The translations under genes and the position numbers were made by a program. A stretch of 64,000 nt of DNA, taken from positions 5,074 to 69,073 of the forward strand of contig CASFAV010000010.1 of the NCBI GenBank assembly GCA_949292905.1. Reading direction: 5' to 3'. Shown here one piece after another: positions 52,324 through 61,921 of this stretch (the stretch's first letter is position 1; every line of letters begins with the position of its first letter). This stretch comes from an uncultured Eubacteriales bacterium. Lineage in GTDB: Bacteria; Bacillota; Clostridia; Christensenellales; DTU072. The notes below the pieces were generated by a model. The model was not told the DNA's origin and did not search any database. It saw only the letters and a list, made by a program, of their open reading frames with translations.

Positions 52324-52740
52324 TTATCTCTTCGAGAACTGAGGAGCTTTACGCGCTTTGTGCAGACCGTATTTCTTACGCTCTTTCATTCTCGGATCGC
52401 GGGTCATGAAGCCTGCCGCTTTGAGCGCGGGACGGTATTCGGGATCCGCCATGACGAGCGCTCTGGAGATGCCGTGACGAATGGCGCCCGCCTGTCCGGT
52501 AGGTCCGCCGCCTCTTACGTTGACCGCTACGTCGTACTTGTCGAGAGTCGCGGTGAGATTGAGCGGTTGACGGACGATGAACTTGAGGGTCTCGAGTCCG
52601 AAGTAATCGTCGATGCTTCTCTTGTTGATGACTATGTTGCCTTCGCCGCCGGGAATAAGACGAACGCGCGCGATGGCTTTTTTACGTCTGCCGGTTCCCC
52701 AGTATTGAACTTTCTTCTTTAACACTTTTTTGGTTGCCAT
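52324..52740 (-). CDS. rpsI: 30S ribosomal protein S9
   Basis: 138 aa. It carries [31 protein letters not shown] and the C-terminal [11 protein letters not shown]. Confidence 0.95.
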   Translation of the reverse strand: MATKKVLKKKVQYWGTGRRKKAIARVRLIPGGEGNIVINKRSIDDYFGLETLKFIVRQPLNLTATLDKYDVAVNVRGGGPTGQAGAIRHGISRALVMADPEYRPALKAAGFMTRDPRMKERKKYGLHKARKAPQFSKR

Positions 52741-52754
52741 ATTTCACCTCGCGA

Positions 52755-53186
52755 TTACTTGAGCTTAAGCTCTTCGGGCTTCTGCGCCGCGTGTTTGTGC
52801 TCGGCTCCGCTGTAGACGAAAAGCTTGCTTATCATCTGTCTGCCGATGGAATTCTTCGGAAGCATACCTTTGACGGCTTTGGTCACGACGAATTCGGGCT
52901 TGGTAGCCATAAGCTTGTCGTAGCGCACCTCTTTGAGGCCGCCGACGTAACCGGTATGATAACGGTAGAACTTCTGCTCGGCTTTCTTGCCGGTGAGTTT
53001 GACCTTATCGCAATTTACTACTATAACGTAATCACCCGTATCCACGTTGGGGGTGAAAGTGGGTTTATTCTTACCGCGGAGAATCATAGCGACCTGCGCC
53101 GCAAGTCTGCCGAGGACCATGCCTTCGGCGTCTACGACGTACCACTTCCTTTCAACGGTTCCGGGCTTTGCCATATATGATTTCAT
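52755..53186 (-). CDS. rplM: 50S ribosomal protein L13
   Basis: 143 aa from the ATG at 53186, with GGAGGA upstream. It carries [16 protein letters not shown] and [12 protein letters not shown]-like ([14 protein letters not shown]) stretches. The track ORF's extension to 53291 is rejected. Confidence 0.95.
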   Translation of the reverse strand: MKSYMAKPGTVERKWYVVDAEGMVLGRLAAQVAMILRGKNKPTFTPNVDTGDYVIVVNCDKVKLTGKKAEQKFYRYHTGYVGGLKEVRYDKLMATKPEFVVTKAVKGMLPKNSIGRQMISKLFVYSGAEHKHAAQKPEELKLK

Positions 53187-53321
53187 GGTAAATCCTCCAA
53201 TTGTTTCTGCGGTTCCCGCCGCCGAGGGGCTAGTTCTTCGTCGAAAATCCGCGTGCCTATCTATAATATTATATAAAAGCCGATAAGTCAATCAAAATAC
53301 GATACTTTCTACACGCAAACG

Positions 53322-54074
53322 TTAATTTTTCTTCTCGGTATCGGGATAAAGCACCTTCTCGAGAGTGAGCGCGCAGGCGGGGAAAGTCTTACCGCCGAGC
53401 TTACGCTCTCCGGTAACGAGCATGCGTTCGATATTTCCTTCCGGGAGTTTGCCCTTCCCTATAAAAGCGAGCGTCCCCGCTATGATGCGTACCATATTAT
53501 ACAGAAATCCGTTACCGGTGACGGTGAGTATTATTTCGTCGCCTTCCGAAGCCACGTCGACGGCGTAGAGGGTGCGCACCGTGGTCTGAGCTGAACTGCC
53601 GGTGGAACAAAACGCCTTGAAATCGTGAGTGCCTACGAGTTTGGCGGCGGCGCGGCGCATGGCGTCCGCGTCGACGGGCGGAAGTACCCGCGTGTAATAA
53701 AGCCTGCGCAACGGCGAAAGCGTGTTGCCGACGTACATTTTATACGAATAGGTTTTGGAAATAACGTCGTACTGCGCGTGAAAGTCGTCGGAGACTCTGC
53801 GCATATCCGCGATGCGCACGTCCTCGGGAAGCACGGAATTGACGGCGAAACGTATCTTATGCGCGGGTATCTCGGAAGCGGTATCGAAATGAGCCACCTG
53901 CCCCGCGGCGTGCACGCCGCGGTCCGTCCTGCCGCTAGCGTGAAGCACCACCTTTTCTTTGAGGAAATCGGATAGCGCGTCCTCCAATACCTGTTGTACC
54001 GAAAGCGCGTTGAGCTGTCTCTGCCAGCCGGAATAGTTCGTGCCGTCGTATTCGACGGTTATCGCGTACCTCAT
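53322..54074 (-). CDS. truA: tRNA pseudouridine(38-40) synthase
   Basis: It carries MRYAITVEYDGTNYSGWQRQ and ASGRTDRGVHAAGQVAHF, which contains the catalytic Asp motif. The start at 54074 overlaps the ecfT stop (ATGA). Confidence 0.9.
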   Translation of the reverse strand: MRYAITVEYDGTNYSGWQRQLNALSVQQVLEDALSDFLKEKVVLHASGRTDRGVHAAGQVAHFDTASEIPAHKIRFAVNSVLPEDVRIADMRRVSDDFHAQYDVISKTYSYKMYVGNTLSPLRRLYYTRVLPPVDADAMRRAAAKLVGTHDFKAFCSTGSSAQTTVRTLYAVDVASEGDEIILTVTGNGFLYNMVRIIAGTLAFIGKGKLPEGNIERMLVTGERKLGGKTFPACALTLEKVLYPDTEKKN

Positions 54075-54916
54075 GAGAATAACCACCACAGACTTTCCGG
54101 CGGAACGTACGCTCCCCAGAAATTCATATTGAGGGCTATCACGAGCACCATGAACGCCGCCGTGCCGATGACGGCTATAAGATCGCGGTACGTCGGGCGC
54201 ATAACCTGATAGCGGGTGCGGTTGGGAGTGGCGTTATAACAGCGCGCGTCGAGGGCGAGCGCAAGCTCGTCCGCCCTGCGGAATGCGGACACGAAAAGCG
54301 GTATCAATACGGGAAGCAACGCTTTGGCGCGCTTGACTATGCCGCCCGAATCGAAGCTCGCTCCGCGCGCTTTCTGCGCCATCATTATCTTATCGACTTC
54401 CTCGGAAAGTATCGGTATGAAGCGTAACGCTATACTCATTATCACCGCTATGTCGTGAGTGGGAACTTTGATGAGCTTGAGCGGATACATCAGAGATTCC
54501 ATTCCGTCGGTGAGTCCCGTGGGCGTAGTCGTGTAAGTAAGCAGCGTCGTGCCCATCACGAGCAGGATGAGCCGAAGCGCCATTTTCAACGAAAAGAAGA
54601 TTCCTTCGAGGGAGATACTTATCCTCCACCACGACCACAATACCGTATCGCCTTTATAGAACAACAGATTGAGCGCTGCGGTGAATATGACAAGGAAGAT
54701 TATCGTTTTTATACTCTTTAGTACCTTTGATATCGGTATACGGGATACCAAAGTACCTGAAACGACGCATACGATGACCGCTGCGTAAGCTATGAGATTC
54801 TTGACAAGGAACACCGTTACGATGAACGCGACGACGAGCACGAGCTTCACTCTCGGGTCGAGCTTATGCGTGAAAGAGTCTGCCGGATAATACTGTCCGA
54901 GGGTGATGTCTCTCAT
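54071..54916 (-). CDS. ecfT: energy-coupling factor transporter transmembrane component
   Basis: 281 aa. It begins MRDITLGQYYPADSFTHKLDPRVKL and carries the coupling-helix motif MAQKARG. It sits in the conserved position after two ecfA genes. Confidence 0.9.
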   Translation of the reverse strand: MRDITLGQYYPADSFTHKLDPRVKLVLVVAFIVTVFLVKNLIAYAAVIVCVVSGTLVSRIPISKVLKSIKTIIFLVIFTAALNLLFYKGDTVLWSWWRISISLEGIFFSLKMALRLILLVMGTTLLTYTTTPTGLTDGMESLMYPLKLIKVPTHDIAVIMSIALRFIPILSEEVDKIMMAQKARGASFDSGGIVKRAKALLPVLIPLFVSAFRRADELALALDARCYNATPNRTRYQVMRPTYRDLIAVIGTAAFMVLVIALNMNFWGAYVPPESLWWLFS

Positions 54917-55764
54917 GAGCAGTACCTCCTTTTCAGAGCGTCGAGCAACGACTCCGCGTCGAGAGCGTCGGTGTCGAGCGATATGCCTTTTGCTTCGAGC
55001 AAGCGCTTGATATGCACCGAATGAGGGTAACCGAGATCGGTCAAGGCTATAGCCTCGGGATCGGCGAAAAGCTCCGCGGGAGTGGTGTCGTAGAGCAGCT
55101 TGCCTTCGTGCAATACTATCACGCGGTTACAGTTGGCGGCGATCTCGTCCATATTGTGCGAGATCATTATCACCGTTTTGCAGAAGGATTTTTTTAGTTC
55201 CCCTACGAGTTCGAGTATCTCCCGCTTGCCTATAGGATCGAGCCCCGCCGTGGGCTCGTCGAGCACGAGCACGGAAGGCTTCGACGCTATCACGCCCGCT
55301 ATCGCGGCGCGCCTTTTCTCGCCTCCGGAAAGTTCGAACGGCGACTTGTCCTTCACTTCGCGGTAGTCCATGCCCACCATTTCGAGGGCTTCTTGCGCGA
55401 GCCTTGCGGCTTCTTCCCTGCCGTAACCGAAATTAAGCGGTCCGAATTGCACGTCTTTAGCCACCGTGTCGTCGAAAAGCTGGTATTCGGGAAATTGGAA
55501 AAGCATCCCTATCTGCTTGCGAAGGGCGATAAGGTTCGTTTTTTTGGAAGAAATATCGACGTCTCCCACGTAAATTTTGCCGTGAGTAACTCTGATGAGC
55601 GCGTTGAAATGCTGACAAAGCGTCGATTTACCGCTTCCGGTGGAGCCGATTATCCCTATCGTATCCCCTTCGTTGACGGTGAAGCTCACTCCGTCGAGCG
55701 CCACCTTTTCGAAAGGAGTCTTGGGAGAATACACATAGGAGAGATCTTCTACTTTAATCTGCAT
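54913..55764 (-). CDS. ecfA2: energy-coupling factor transporter ATPase
   Basis: 283 aa with Walker A (GSTGSGKST), signature LSGGEKRRAAIAG and Walker B (VLVLDEPTAGLD). Confidence 0.9.
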   Translation of the reverse strand: MQIKVEDLSYVYSPKTPFEKVALDGVSFTVNEGDTIGIIGSTGSGKSTLCQHFNALIRVTHGKIYVGDVDISSKKTNLIALRKQIGMLFQFPEYQLFDDTVAKDVQFGPLNFGYGREEAARLAQEALEMVGMDYREVKDKSPFELSGGEKRRAAIAGVIASKPSVLVLDEPTAGLDPIGKREILELVGELKKSFCKTVIMISHNMDEIAANCNRVIVLHEGKLLYDTTPAELFADPEAIALTDLGYPHSVHIKRLLEAKGISLDTDALDAESLLDALKRRYCS

Positions 55765-56618
55765 AATCCCTCCGCAAGTTCTTCGTCGGTAAGCGCAAAC
55801 GGTATGTCGAGCCCCGCGCGCCTCAGTTCCGCGGATATTTTGCTCGCCACCGGCAATTCCAGCTTCGCCTCAGCTATCTTATCGGTGGAGGAGAAAACCT
55901 CGCGAGGCGTGCCTTCGAGTATCACGCTCCCTTCGTTCATCACGAATATCCTGTCTGCGCCTATCGCTTCGTCCATGTAATGCGTGATAAGTATCACGGT
56001 TAGTCCTTTCTCTTTGTTGAGCCGCAATATGGTCTCCATTATCTCCGCGCGACCTTTCGGATCCAGCATCGCCGTCGATTCGTCGAGGATAAGCACCTCG
56101 GGATACATCGCCAGTATCGCGGCTATCGCTATGCGCTGTTTCTGTCCCCCCGAAAGCTTGTTGGGACTGCGCTTACGGTGTTCGCTCATATTGACGGCGT
56201 CGAGCGCCCACGTTATGCGTTTCTCTATCTCTTCGCGCGGCACGCCGAGATTTTCGGGTCCGAAAGCTATGTCGTTCTCTATCACGGACGCCACCATCTG
56301 GTTGTCTGCATTCTGGAATACCATTCCCACTTTGGCACGCAGTTCGTATATGCGGTCGTTGTCGCGGGTGTCTATCCCTTCGACGGTAACGGTGCCTTCG
56401 TCGGGGACGACGAATCCGTTGAGCAATTTCGCGAGCGTGGACTTGCCGGAACCGTTGTGCCCGAGCAGCACGACGAATTCGCCCCTGTCTACGGTGAGGC
56501 TCACGTTACGCACTCCGCGCGAAACGTGTTCGCCGCTACGGTAATCGTAGCTGACGTTGTCTACTCGGATAATGGCGCCCGCCGCCGCGGGCATTGATTC
56601 GCGTTCCGTTCCGCTCAT
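55749..56618 (-). CDS. ecfA1: energy-coupling factor transporter ATPase
   Basis: 289 aa with Walker A (GHNGSGKST), signature LSGGQKQRIAIAA and Walker B (VLILDESTAMLD). Confidence 0.9.
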   Translation of the reverse strand: MSGTERESMPAAAGAIIRVDNVSYDYRSGEHVSRGVRNVSLTVDRGEFVVLLGHNGSGKSTLAKLLNGFVVPDEGTVTVEGIDTRDNDRIYELRAKVGMVFQNADNQMVASVIENDIAFGPENLGVPREEIEKRITWALDAVNMSEHRKRSPNKLSGGQKQRIAIAAILAMYPEVLILDESTAMLDPKGRAEIMETILRLNKEKGLTVILITHYMDEAIGADRIFVMNEGSVILEGTPREVFSSTDKIAEAKLELPVASKISAELRRAGLDIPFALTDEELAEGLCRLK

Positions 56619-56685
56619 AATTCAATAGTCTATCATAACGTAGGAATTTACACAATTAAATTAAGGGCACAACCCGTAAATTAAC

Positions 56686-56711
56686 AAAAAAAACGCCGCT
56701 TATTTACGGCG
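56686..56711 (-). terminator. short hairpin plus U8 tract overlapping the CYTH stop codon
   Basis: The minus strand reads cgccg-taaataag-cggcg followed by tttttttt. Confidence 0.45.
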
Positions 56712-57206
56712 CGGAAATTCCTCGGGAGCGGGCGCTCGCACCGCGAGCGCTTTGTTGGTGAAGCGTTTGTCCGTGGTCACGTCCGCCAGCACCTCGACGC
56801 CGTCGGGAAGTTCGAGAGACTCGTTCTCGCTTCCGAGTTCCGCTTCGAGAACGGCATATCCTTCCCAAAACGGGAATACGTCGATCTCGATAACGTGTCC
56901 GCGGTAACGGTAAACGTAACGCGTCTTGACGATCCCTCCCGCAGCGGGGTCGCGTTCCGCTAGCAACGCCTTGTATTCGTCCTCTGAGATCTCGCGCTCG
57001 TTCTCAATGCGAGTGAAGCCCGACAAAAGCCTCTTCTCCGTATAGGTATATACCGTCTTCCCGCAAGTCGTCCGCGCCCGTACCCTGCGCGTGTCGTAGC
57101 CGCCGGCGGGCAACAGAAAATACTGCTCTATGCGGCTCGCTTCCGTCCCTTCCGGAAACGACGAAGGCTTGACGATTATGAATTTCTTTTCGATCTCTCT
57201 GCCCAT
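56700..57206 (-). CDS. CYTH-domain protein (triphosphate tunnel metalloenzyme family)
   Basis: 168 aa. It has the N-terminal EIEKKF signature (the ExExK motif of CYTH) and a later EIDVF...EAE pattern. It begins 1 nt after the histidine kinase stop. Confidence 0.7.
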   Translation of the reverse strand: MGREIEKKFIIVKPSSFPEGTEASRIEQYFLLPAGGYDTRRVRARTTCGKTVYTYTEKRLLSGFTRIENEREISEDEYKALLAERDPAAGGIVKTRYVYRYRGHVIEIDVFPFWEGYAVLEAELGSENESLELPDGVEVLADVTTDKRFTNKALAVRAPAPEEFPRRK

Positions 57207-57207
57207 T

Positions 57208-58680
57208 TCAACACTTCGGAAGCTCCACGTAGAATGTGCTGCCTTCGCCTACGCTCGTCACCACCCCGTACACGCCTCCGGGGTGCTTATCCATTACGGT
57301 TTTGACGATTGAGAGTCCCAGACCGGTACCTACGGTAGCCCGTCTGTGGGATTTCTCCGATTTATAATATCTGTCCCATATATGCGGCAACACGTTCACG
57401 TCGATACCTTCGCCCTTGTCGATGACCTCGATGCGGACGTTGCCGTGTCGGGTATATTCCCTGACGGTGACCGTCTTGTCGTCGCCGCAGTAATTGATGG
57501 CATTGTTGATGAGATTATACACGACCTGCATGAGCTTGGTCTCGTCCGCGTAGACGACGGCGGACTCCTCGTGCTCGTATTCGAGTTTATAGCCGAGATG
57601 CTCTATGAGTTTGCCGTGCCTCGATATAAGCTCGTCGAGCATTCCCACGACGTCGAAGCGCTTGAGCTTCAATCCGCCGCCCGACTCCTGCAATTTGCTC
57701 AGATCGAGCATTTCGTTGACAAGGTCGGTGAGTCTGGAGGCTTCGTCTATCACCACCTGCAGGTTCTCCGGCCGCGCTTCGTCGGGTATGTCCCGCATCA
57801 TCTCGGAGTAACCCTTGATGAGCGTGAGCGGGGTGCGCAGATCGTGGCTCACGTTCGCGATAAGTTCGCGTCGGTAGTGCTCCAACTCCGCCACTTCGTT
57901 GGCGGCGTACTGCAGCCCTTCCTTCAATTCGTTTATTTCGCGATAACCGCCGCTTTCGCTTATTGTGATACCGACGTTGCCTTTGCTTATTTCCTTGGCG
58001 GCGTCGGTAAGCGTGGCTATCGGCCGCGCGACGTATCGCGCTATCGCCGCGGCGAGCGCCGCGGCAAGCAGCAGTAGCATTCCCGTTATCATACCGAGCA
58101 TCGCTATCCAAGTCACCCGCGTGCTCTCCTCCGGAGTTACCACCGATTCGGCAAGAACGAGCACCTCCGCGCCGTTACGTTCCGCCACGCAGGCGTATAA
58201 CGCCGCTTTGACCTTCCCCGCCGCGTCATCGGGTACTTTCCCTTCGAATTCCGTCTGCTCGTAATTGTCGTTGAAGCCCTCGAGTTCTATTTCTTCTTTA
58301 TAGATCCCGTCGTTTTCTTTTACCTTATCGAAATACGCTATCCTGTTTTCGGCAGAAATATTGTGTATGGTGCAATCGGTCCGCACCGCCTGCGAATACA
58401 ATTCGTTGCCGTCCGCGTCGCAAATGAGCACGCAGGCGTTGTCGTGATATGCAAGATGTTTGATGAGTATATTGAGGTCTTCGCTCGCGATGTTTTCGGA
58501 AACGGTTTCAACGCAGTTCTTAAGCTCCCTCGAAGCTATGCTCTCATATACCGTGTCGAGAAAAACGAGGTCGAATATCCATAAAAACACGAACAACGAG
58601 ATCACCGCGACGACAAACGCGACTATGAGCTTATGCTTAAGCGGGGCGTCCCCCCACGAAACGCGCGCGGATCTACGCAT
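57208..58680 (-). CDS. sensor histidine kinase
   Basis: 490 aa with two TM helices flanking an extracytoplasmic loop and a HAMP-like segment. The H-box is NVSHDLRTPLT. The HATPase motifs are NNAINY and GTGLGLSIV. Confidence 0.9.
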   Translation of the reverse strand: MRRSARVSWGDAPLKHKLIVAFVVAVISLFVFLWIFDLVFLDTVYESIASRELKNCVETVSENIASEDLNILIKHLAYHDNACVLICDADGNELYSQAVRTDCTIHNISAENRIAYFDKVKENDGIYKEEIELEGFNDNYEQTEFEGKVPDDAAGKVKAALYACVAERNGAEVLVLAESVVTPEESTRVTWIAMLGMITGMLLLLAAALAAAIARYVARPIATLTDAAKEISKGNVGITISESGGYREINELKEGLQYAANEVAELEHYRRELIANVSHDLRTPLTLIKGYSEMMRDIPDEARPENLQVVIDEASRLTDLVNEMLDLSKLQESGGGLKLKRFDVVGMLDELISRHGKLIEHLGYKLEYEHEESAVVYADETKLMQVVYNLINNAINYCGDDKTVTVREYTRHGNVRIEVIDKGEGIDVNVLPHIWDRYYKSEKSHRRATVGTGLGLSIVKTVMDKHPGGVYGVVTSVGEGSTFYVELPKC

Positions 58681-59338
58681 CGAAGCGATATCCCATACCT
58701 CTCAACGTGACGATGTATTCCGCGCATACGCCGAGGCTTTTACGCAACAGTTTGATATGGGTGTCGAGGGTGCGGTCGTCGCCGTAGAAATCGTATCCCC
58801 ATACTTCGTTGAGCAATTTTTCGCGCGACAGCGCGATACCCTTGTTCTTGACCATGAAGAAGAGCAACTCGTATTCTTTCGGCGAAAGATCGACGGGCTT
58901 ACCGTCCACGTAGACGATGCGCGCCGTGAAATCGACTTTGAGCTTACCCGACTCGAAAACCTCCGAAACCGGTCGCGAAGCGCTCCTGCTCATTACCGCG
59001 TTGATGCGGAGCATGAGTTCTTTGGGCGAGAACGGTTTGGATATATAATCGTCAGCGCCTATCTCGAAACCGTGTATCTTGTCGTAAGTCTCCGTTCTCG
59101 CGCTGAGCATGATCACGGGAATATTGCTGAATTTGCGTATCTCGCGCACGGCGGAAAAGCCGTCCAGTTCGGGCATCATCACGTCCATGATTATTATGTC
59201 GTAACCGCCCTGTTTGGCTTTTTCTATCGCTTCGAGCCCGTCTCCCGCCTCTCCGTAAGTATAACCTTCGAGCTGGCAGTATTTGGCGATAAGTTCTCTT
59301 ATGGCTTTTTCGTCGTCCACTATCAATACTTTATACAT
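58673..59338 (-). CDS. OmpR-family response regulator
   Basis: 221 aa. The receiver domain (LIVDDE...IIMDVMMPELDG) is followed by a winged-helix C-terminus (LSPKEYELLFFMVKNKG...TLRGMGYRF). Confidence 0.9.
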   Translation of the reverse strand: MYKVLIVDDEKAIRELIAKYCQLEGYTYGEAGDGLEAIEKAKQGGYDIIIMDVMMPELDGFSAVREIRKFSNIPVIMLSARTETYDKIHGFEIGADDYISKPFSPKELMLRINAVMSRSASRPVSEVFESGKLKVDFTARIVYVDGKPVDLSPKEYELLFFMVKNKGIALSREKLLNEVWGYDFYGDDRTLDTHIKLLRKSLGVCAEYIVTLRGMGYRFDA

Positions 59339-59378
59339 TGTCTCCTCCGTAGACCGGGCGCCTTTGCCGCCCGCGGCT

Positions 59379-60566
59379 TTAAGTGTCGTAACCTTCCCTC
59401 TGCGTCAAAGTGAGAGTCGCAACGCGCTGTTGCGAACCGTAATTATATACTATTTCCACGGTGGATTTGGGCTGTTTGCGGTTCAACACGTTTTTCCATT
59501 CCGCTACCGTCTTGACCTGTACTCCGTCCACGCTTACGATGTACGCCCCTATCGGTATATCCGTGGCAACCTTACTGTTCTTGAGATACAGCCCCACGTT
59601 CGGAAGCGATATGGTGGGCATTTTTATTTCGCGGAATTCGAATACTTCGGTGTCCACTCTGCCGTCCACGTAGCCGAGTTGCATGAGATCTTCCGCCACG
59701 CCGTAAGCGGTGTCTATCGGAATGGCGAAGCCTATCCCTTCTACGTCCTCGGCTATACTTTTCGCGTTGACTATGCCTATCAGCGCGCCGTACATGTTGA
59801 AAAGTCCTCCGCCCGAATTACCGGGGTTGACGGAAGCGTCTATCTGGATAAGAGTCATGGTCTGCGAATCCACGGTGATCTCTCTTTGGACAGCGGACAC
59901 CACGCCTTTGGTGACGCTTCCGCCGAGCTCGCCCAGAGGATTGCCGATAGCTATGACTTCCTGACCCGCCTGCACGGTATCCGATCTGCCCACTACCGCG
60001 GCGTTAGCCGTACTTGCGTTGATTTTGATGATTGCGGTATCCGTAACCGCGTCTCCGCGTACCCATTCCGCCTTAAACGACTGACCGTCGTAAAGAGTAA
60101 CGGTTATGTTGGCGGCTTCGGCGCCTTCGATAACGTGGTAATTGGTGATGATGTGACCGGAGTCGCTTATGATGACGCCGGAGCCCGCTCCGGAAGTTAT
60201 GTAGGTGCCGCCGAATATACCGCCGCCGTAAGAAACCGATTCGGTGACGACCTCAACCACGCTCTGCTCCGCAAGCGCGGTGACCTGTTCGGAAGTGAAC
60301 TTCTCCCCCGTGACTCCGAGGTTGGAAGTATCTTCCGACCTGTCGGTCACGTCGCGGTAAACGACGGAAGTGGTTTCGTTGGCGAGCTCCTCGCTGAATT
60401 TACCGTATGCAAGGCGCGCGCCGAGAAAGCCGCACCCTATAAGCGCTCCGAGCGCCAGAACAACACCAAGGAAAATTATGAACGGCGAAGTGCGCGATTT
60501 GACGGGAACGACAACGCGCGGGACCCTCGATCTGACTTCGTACGAATACCTGTTTTTGTCGTACAT
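59379..60566 (-). CDS. htrA: HtrA/DegP-family serine protease with PDZ domain, membrane-anchored
   Basis: 395 aa with an N-terminal TM helix. The trypsin-like triad context is TNYHV, D...AIIK and GNSGGGLFN. A PDZ-like C-terminus follows. Confidence 0.9.
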   Translation of the reverse strand: MYDKNRYSYEVRSRVPRVVVPVKSRTSPFIIFLGVVLALGALIGCGFLGARLAYGKFSEELANETTSVVYRDVTDRSEDTSNLGVTGEKFTSEQVTALAEQSVVEVVTESVSYGGGIFGGTYITSGAGSGVIISDSGHIITNYHVIEGAEAANITVTLYDGQSFKAEWVRGDAVTDTAIIKINASTANAAVVGRSDTVQAGQEVIAIGNPLGELGGSVTKGVVSAVQREITVDSQTMTLIQIDASVNPGNSGGGLFNMYGALIGIVNAKSIAEDVEGIGFAIPIDTAYGVAEDLMQLGYVDGRVDTEVFEFREIKMPTISLPNVGLYLKNSKVATDIPIGAYIVSVDGVQVKTVAEWKNVLNRKQPKSTVEIVYNYGSQQRVATLTLTQREGYDT

Positions 60567-60689
60567 TTTACCTCACACGCAGCGCGCGAAGCACGCAGGC
60601 GATAATTTTAATATTACCACTATATAGCAATAATATGAATTTTGTTTGAAGCCGTCGTGAAAGTTATCTTTGCATATGCGGAACGGAAG

Positions 60690-61220
60690 CTATTTACCGA
60701 ACTTCTCGTCGTAAGCTTTCATCGCTTCGCGTATCGTGCGCTTGGCGACTTCGGCGTTCTCCACTTTCACCACGGCGGTCTGCTTGCCTTCGAGAGACTT
60801 ATACACGGTGAAGAAGTGACTTATTTCTTCCATCGTGTGCGCGGGAAATTCCGAAATGTCTTTATAATTGTTCCAGCTCGGATCCTTGAAGGGGATTGCC
60901 ACTATCTTCGAATCCACGTATCCGTCGTCGATCATGGTTACCATGCCGACGGGATAGCAACGGCACAACGCGAGCGGACGTATCGTCTCGCTGCAGATGA
61001 CAAGCACGTCGAGCGGGTCGAGATCTTCCGAATACGTGCGCGGGATAAAGCCGTAGTTGGCGGGATAATGCGTGGAAGTGTACAAAACTCTGTCGAGGAT
61101 AAGGAATCCCGTTTCTTTGTCGAGCTCGTATTTGTTTTTACTGCCTTCGGAAATCTCTATGACCGTAAGGAAATCTTCGGGAGTTATTCTTTCTGGTCTG
61201 ACGTCATGCCATATATTCAT
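60690..61220 (-). CDS. ppa: inorganic pyrophosphatase, family I
   Basis: 176 aa. It carries EISEGSKNKYELDKETG, YPANYGFIPRT and DLDPLDVLV. Confidence 0.95.
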   Translation of the reverse strand: MNIWHDVRPERITPEDFLTVIEISEGSKNKYELDKETGFLILDRVLYTSTHYPANYGFIPRTYSEDLDPLDVLVICSETIRPLALCRCYPVGMVTMIDDGYVDSKIVAIPFKDPSWNNYKDISEFPAHTMEEISHFFTVYKSLEGKQTAVVKVENAEVAKRTIREAMKAYDEKFGK

Positions 61221-61291
61221 AAATACAATTCTCCTTGTAGTAGATTTTCGCAGGTTTATTAGCCGTGAGCTACCTGATCGTTTCGGATAGC

Positions 61292-61870
61292 TCAGTCGTC
61301 TTCGTCAAGGTAAGTCGCCAAGAGATCCGCCGCGTGCACGAGGGCGCAGAACGGGAATTTGGAATAGGCGTTGGACATCGTATAGCCGCCCGACCTGTTG
61401 CGCTCGTCGAAGCTTCCCATATGCCAGTTGATCGCAAGCGCCTCTTCCCGCGTAAGGCGCATGAAGCCGTTGATGATATAAACGGATTTTTCGCCGTGCC
61501 CGTAAGGAAGCTTTTCGTCGGTGGTGTAATAAGGAACTTTTTCCCAAGAGCCGTCGGGCTGCTTCTGATTGCGGTAATCCACCGCGTAAAGATCTATCTT
61601 GCAAAGATCGTGCAGAAGTCCGCATATAGCCACGGTTTCGGGAGTGATGCGCTCCGACCACTCCGCCTTTTCGCGCTCCACAAGCTCTTTGAGACGGTAA
61701 TATACGTTTAGGCTGTGCTCGCAAAGACCGCCCTTTTTCGCCAGGTGGAATTTAGTGGAAGCGGGAGCGTCGAAAAAGTCGCTCGACTTTATATATTCGA
61801 GCAATTTGGCGCTTCCTTCGCGGGTGATCTCCCGCTCGTAGATCTCGATGAAAGCATCTTTGAAACTCAT
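61292..61870 (-). CDS. HD-domain phosphohydrolase
   Basis: 192 aa. It has H...HD metal-binding motifs (FHLAKKGGLCEHSL, GLLHDLCK), and the overall size is typical of small HD proteins. Confidence 0.7.
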   Translation of the reverse strand: MSFKDAFIEIYEREITREGSAKLLEYIKSSDFFDAPASTKFHLAKKGGLCEHSLNVYYRLKELVEREKAEWSERITPETVAICGLLHDLCKIDLYAVDYRNQKQPDGSWEKVPYYTTDEKLPYGHGEKSVYIINGFMRLTREEALAINWHMGSFDERNRSGGYTMSNAYSKFPFCALVHAADLLATYLDEDD

Positions 61871-61921
61871 ATTTCAATACCTCCGCGGGTTTGCCCGCAA
61901 ACTTCCGACGACCTTCCGCCG

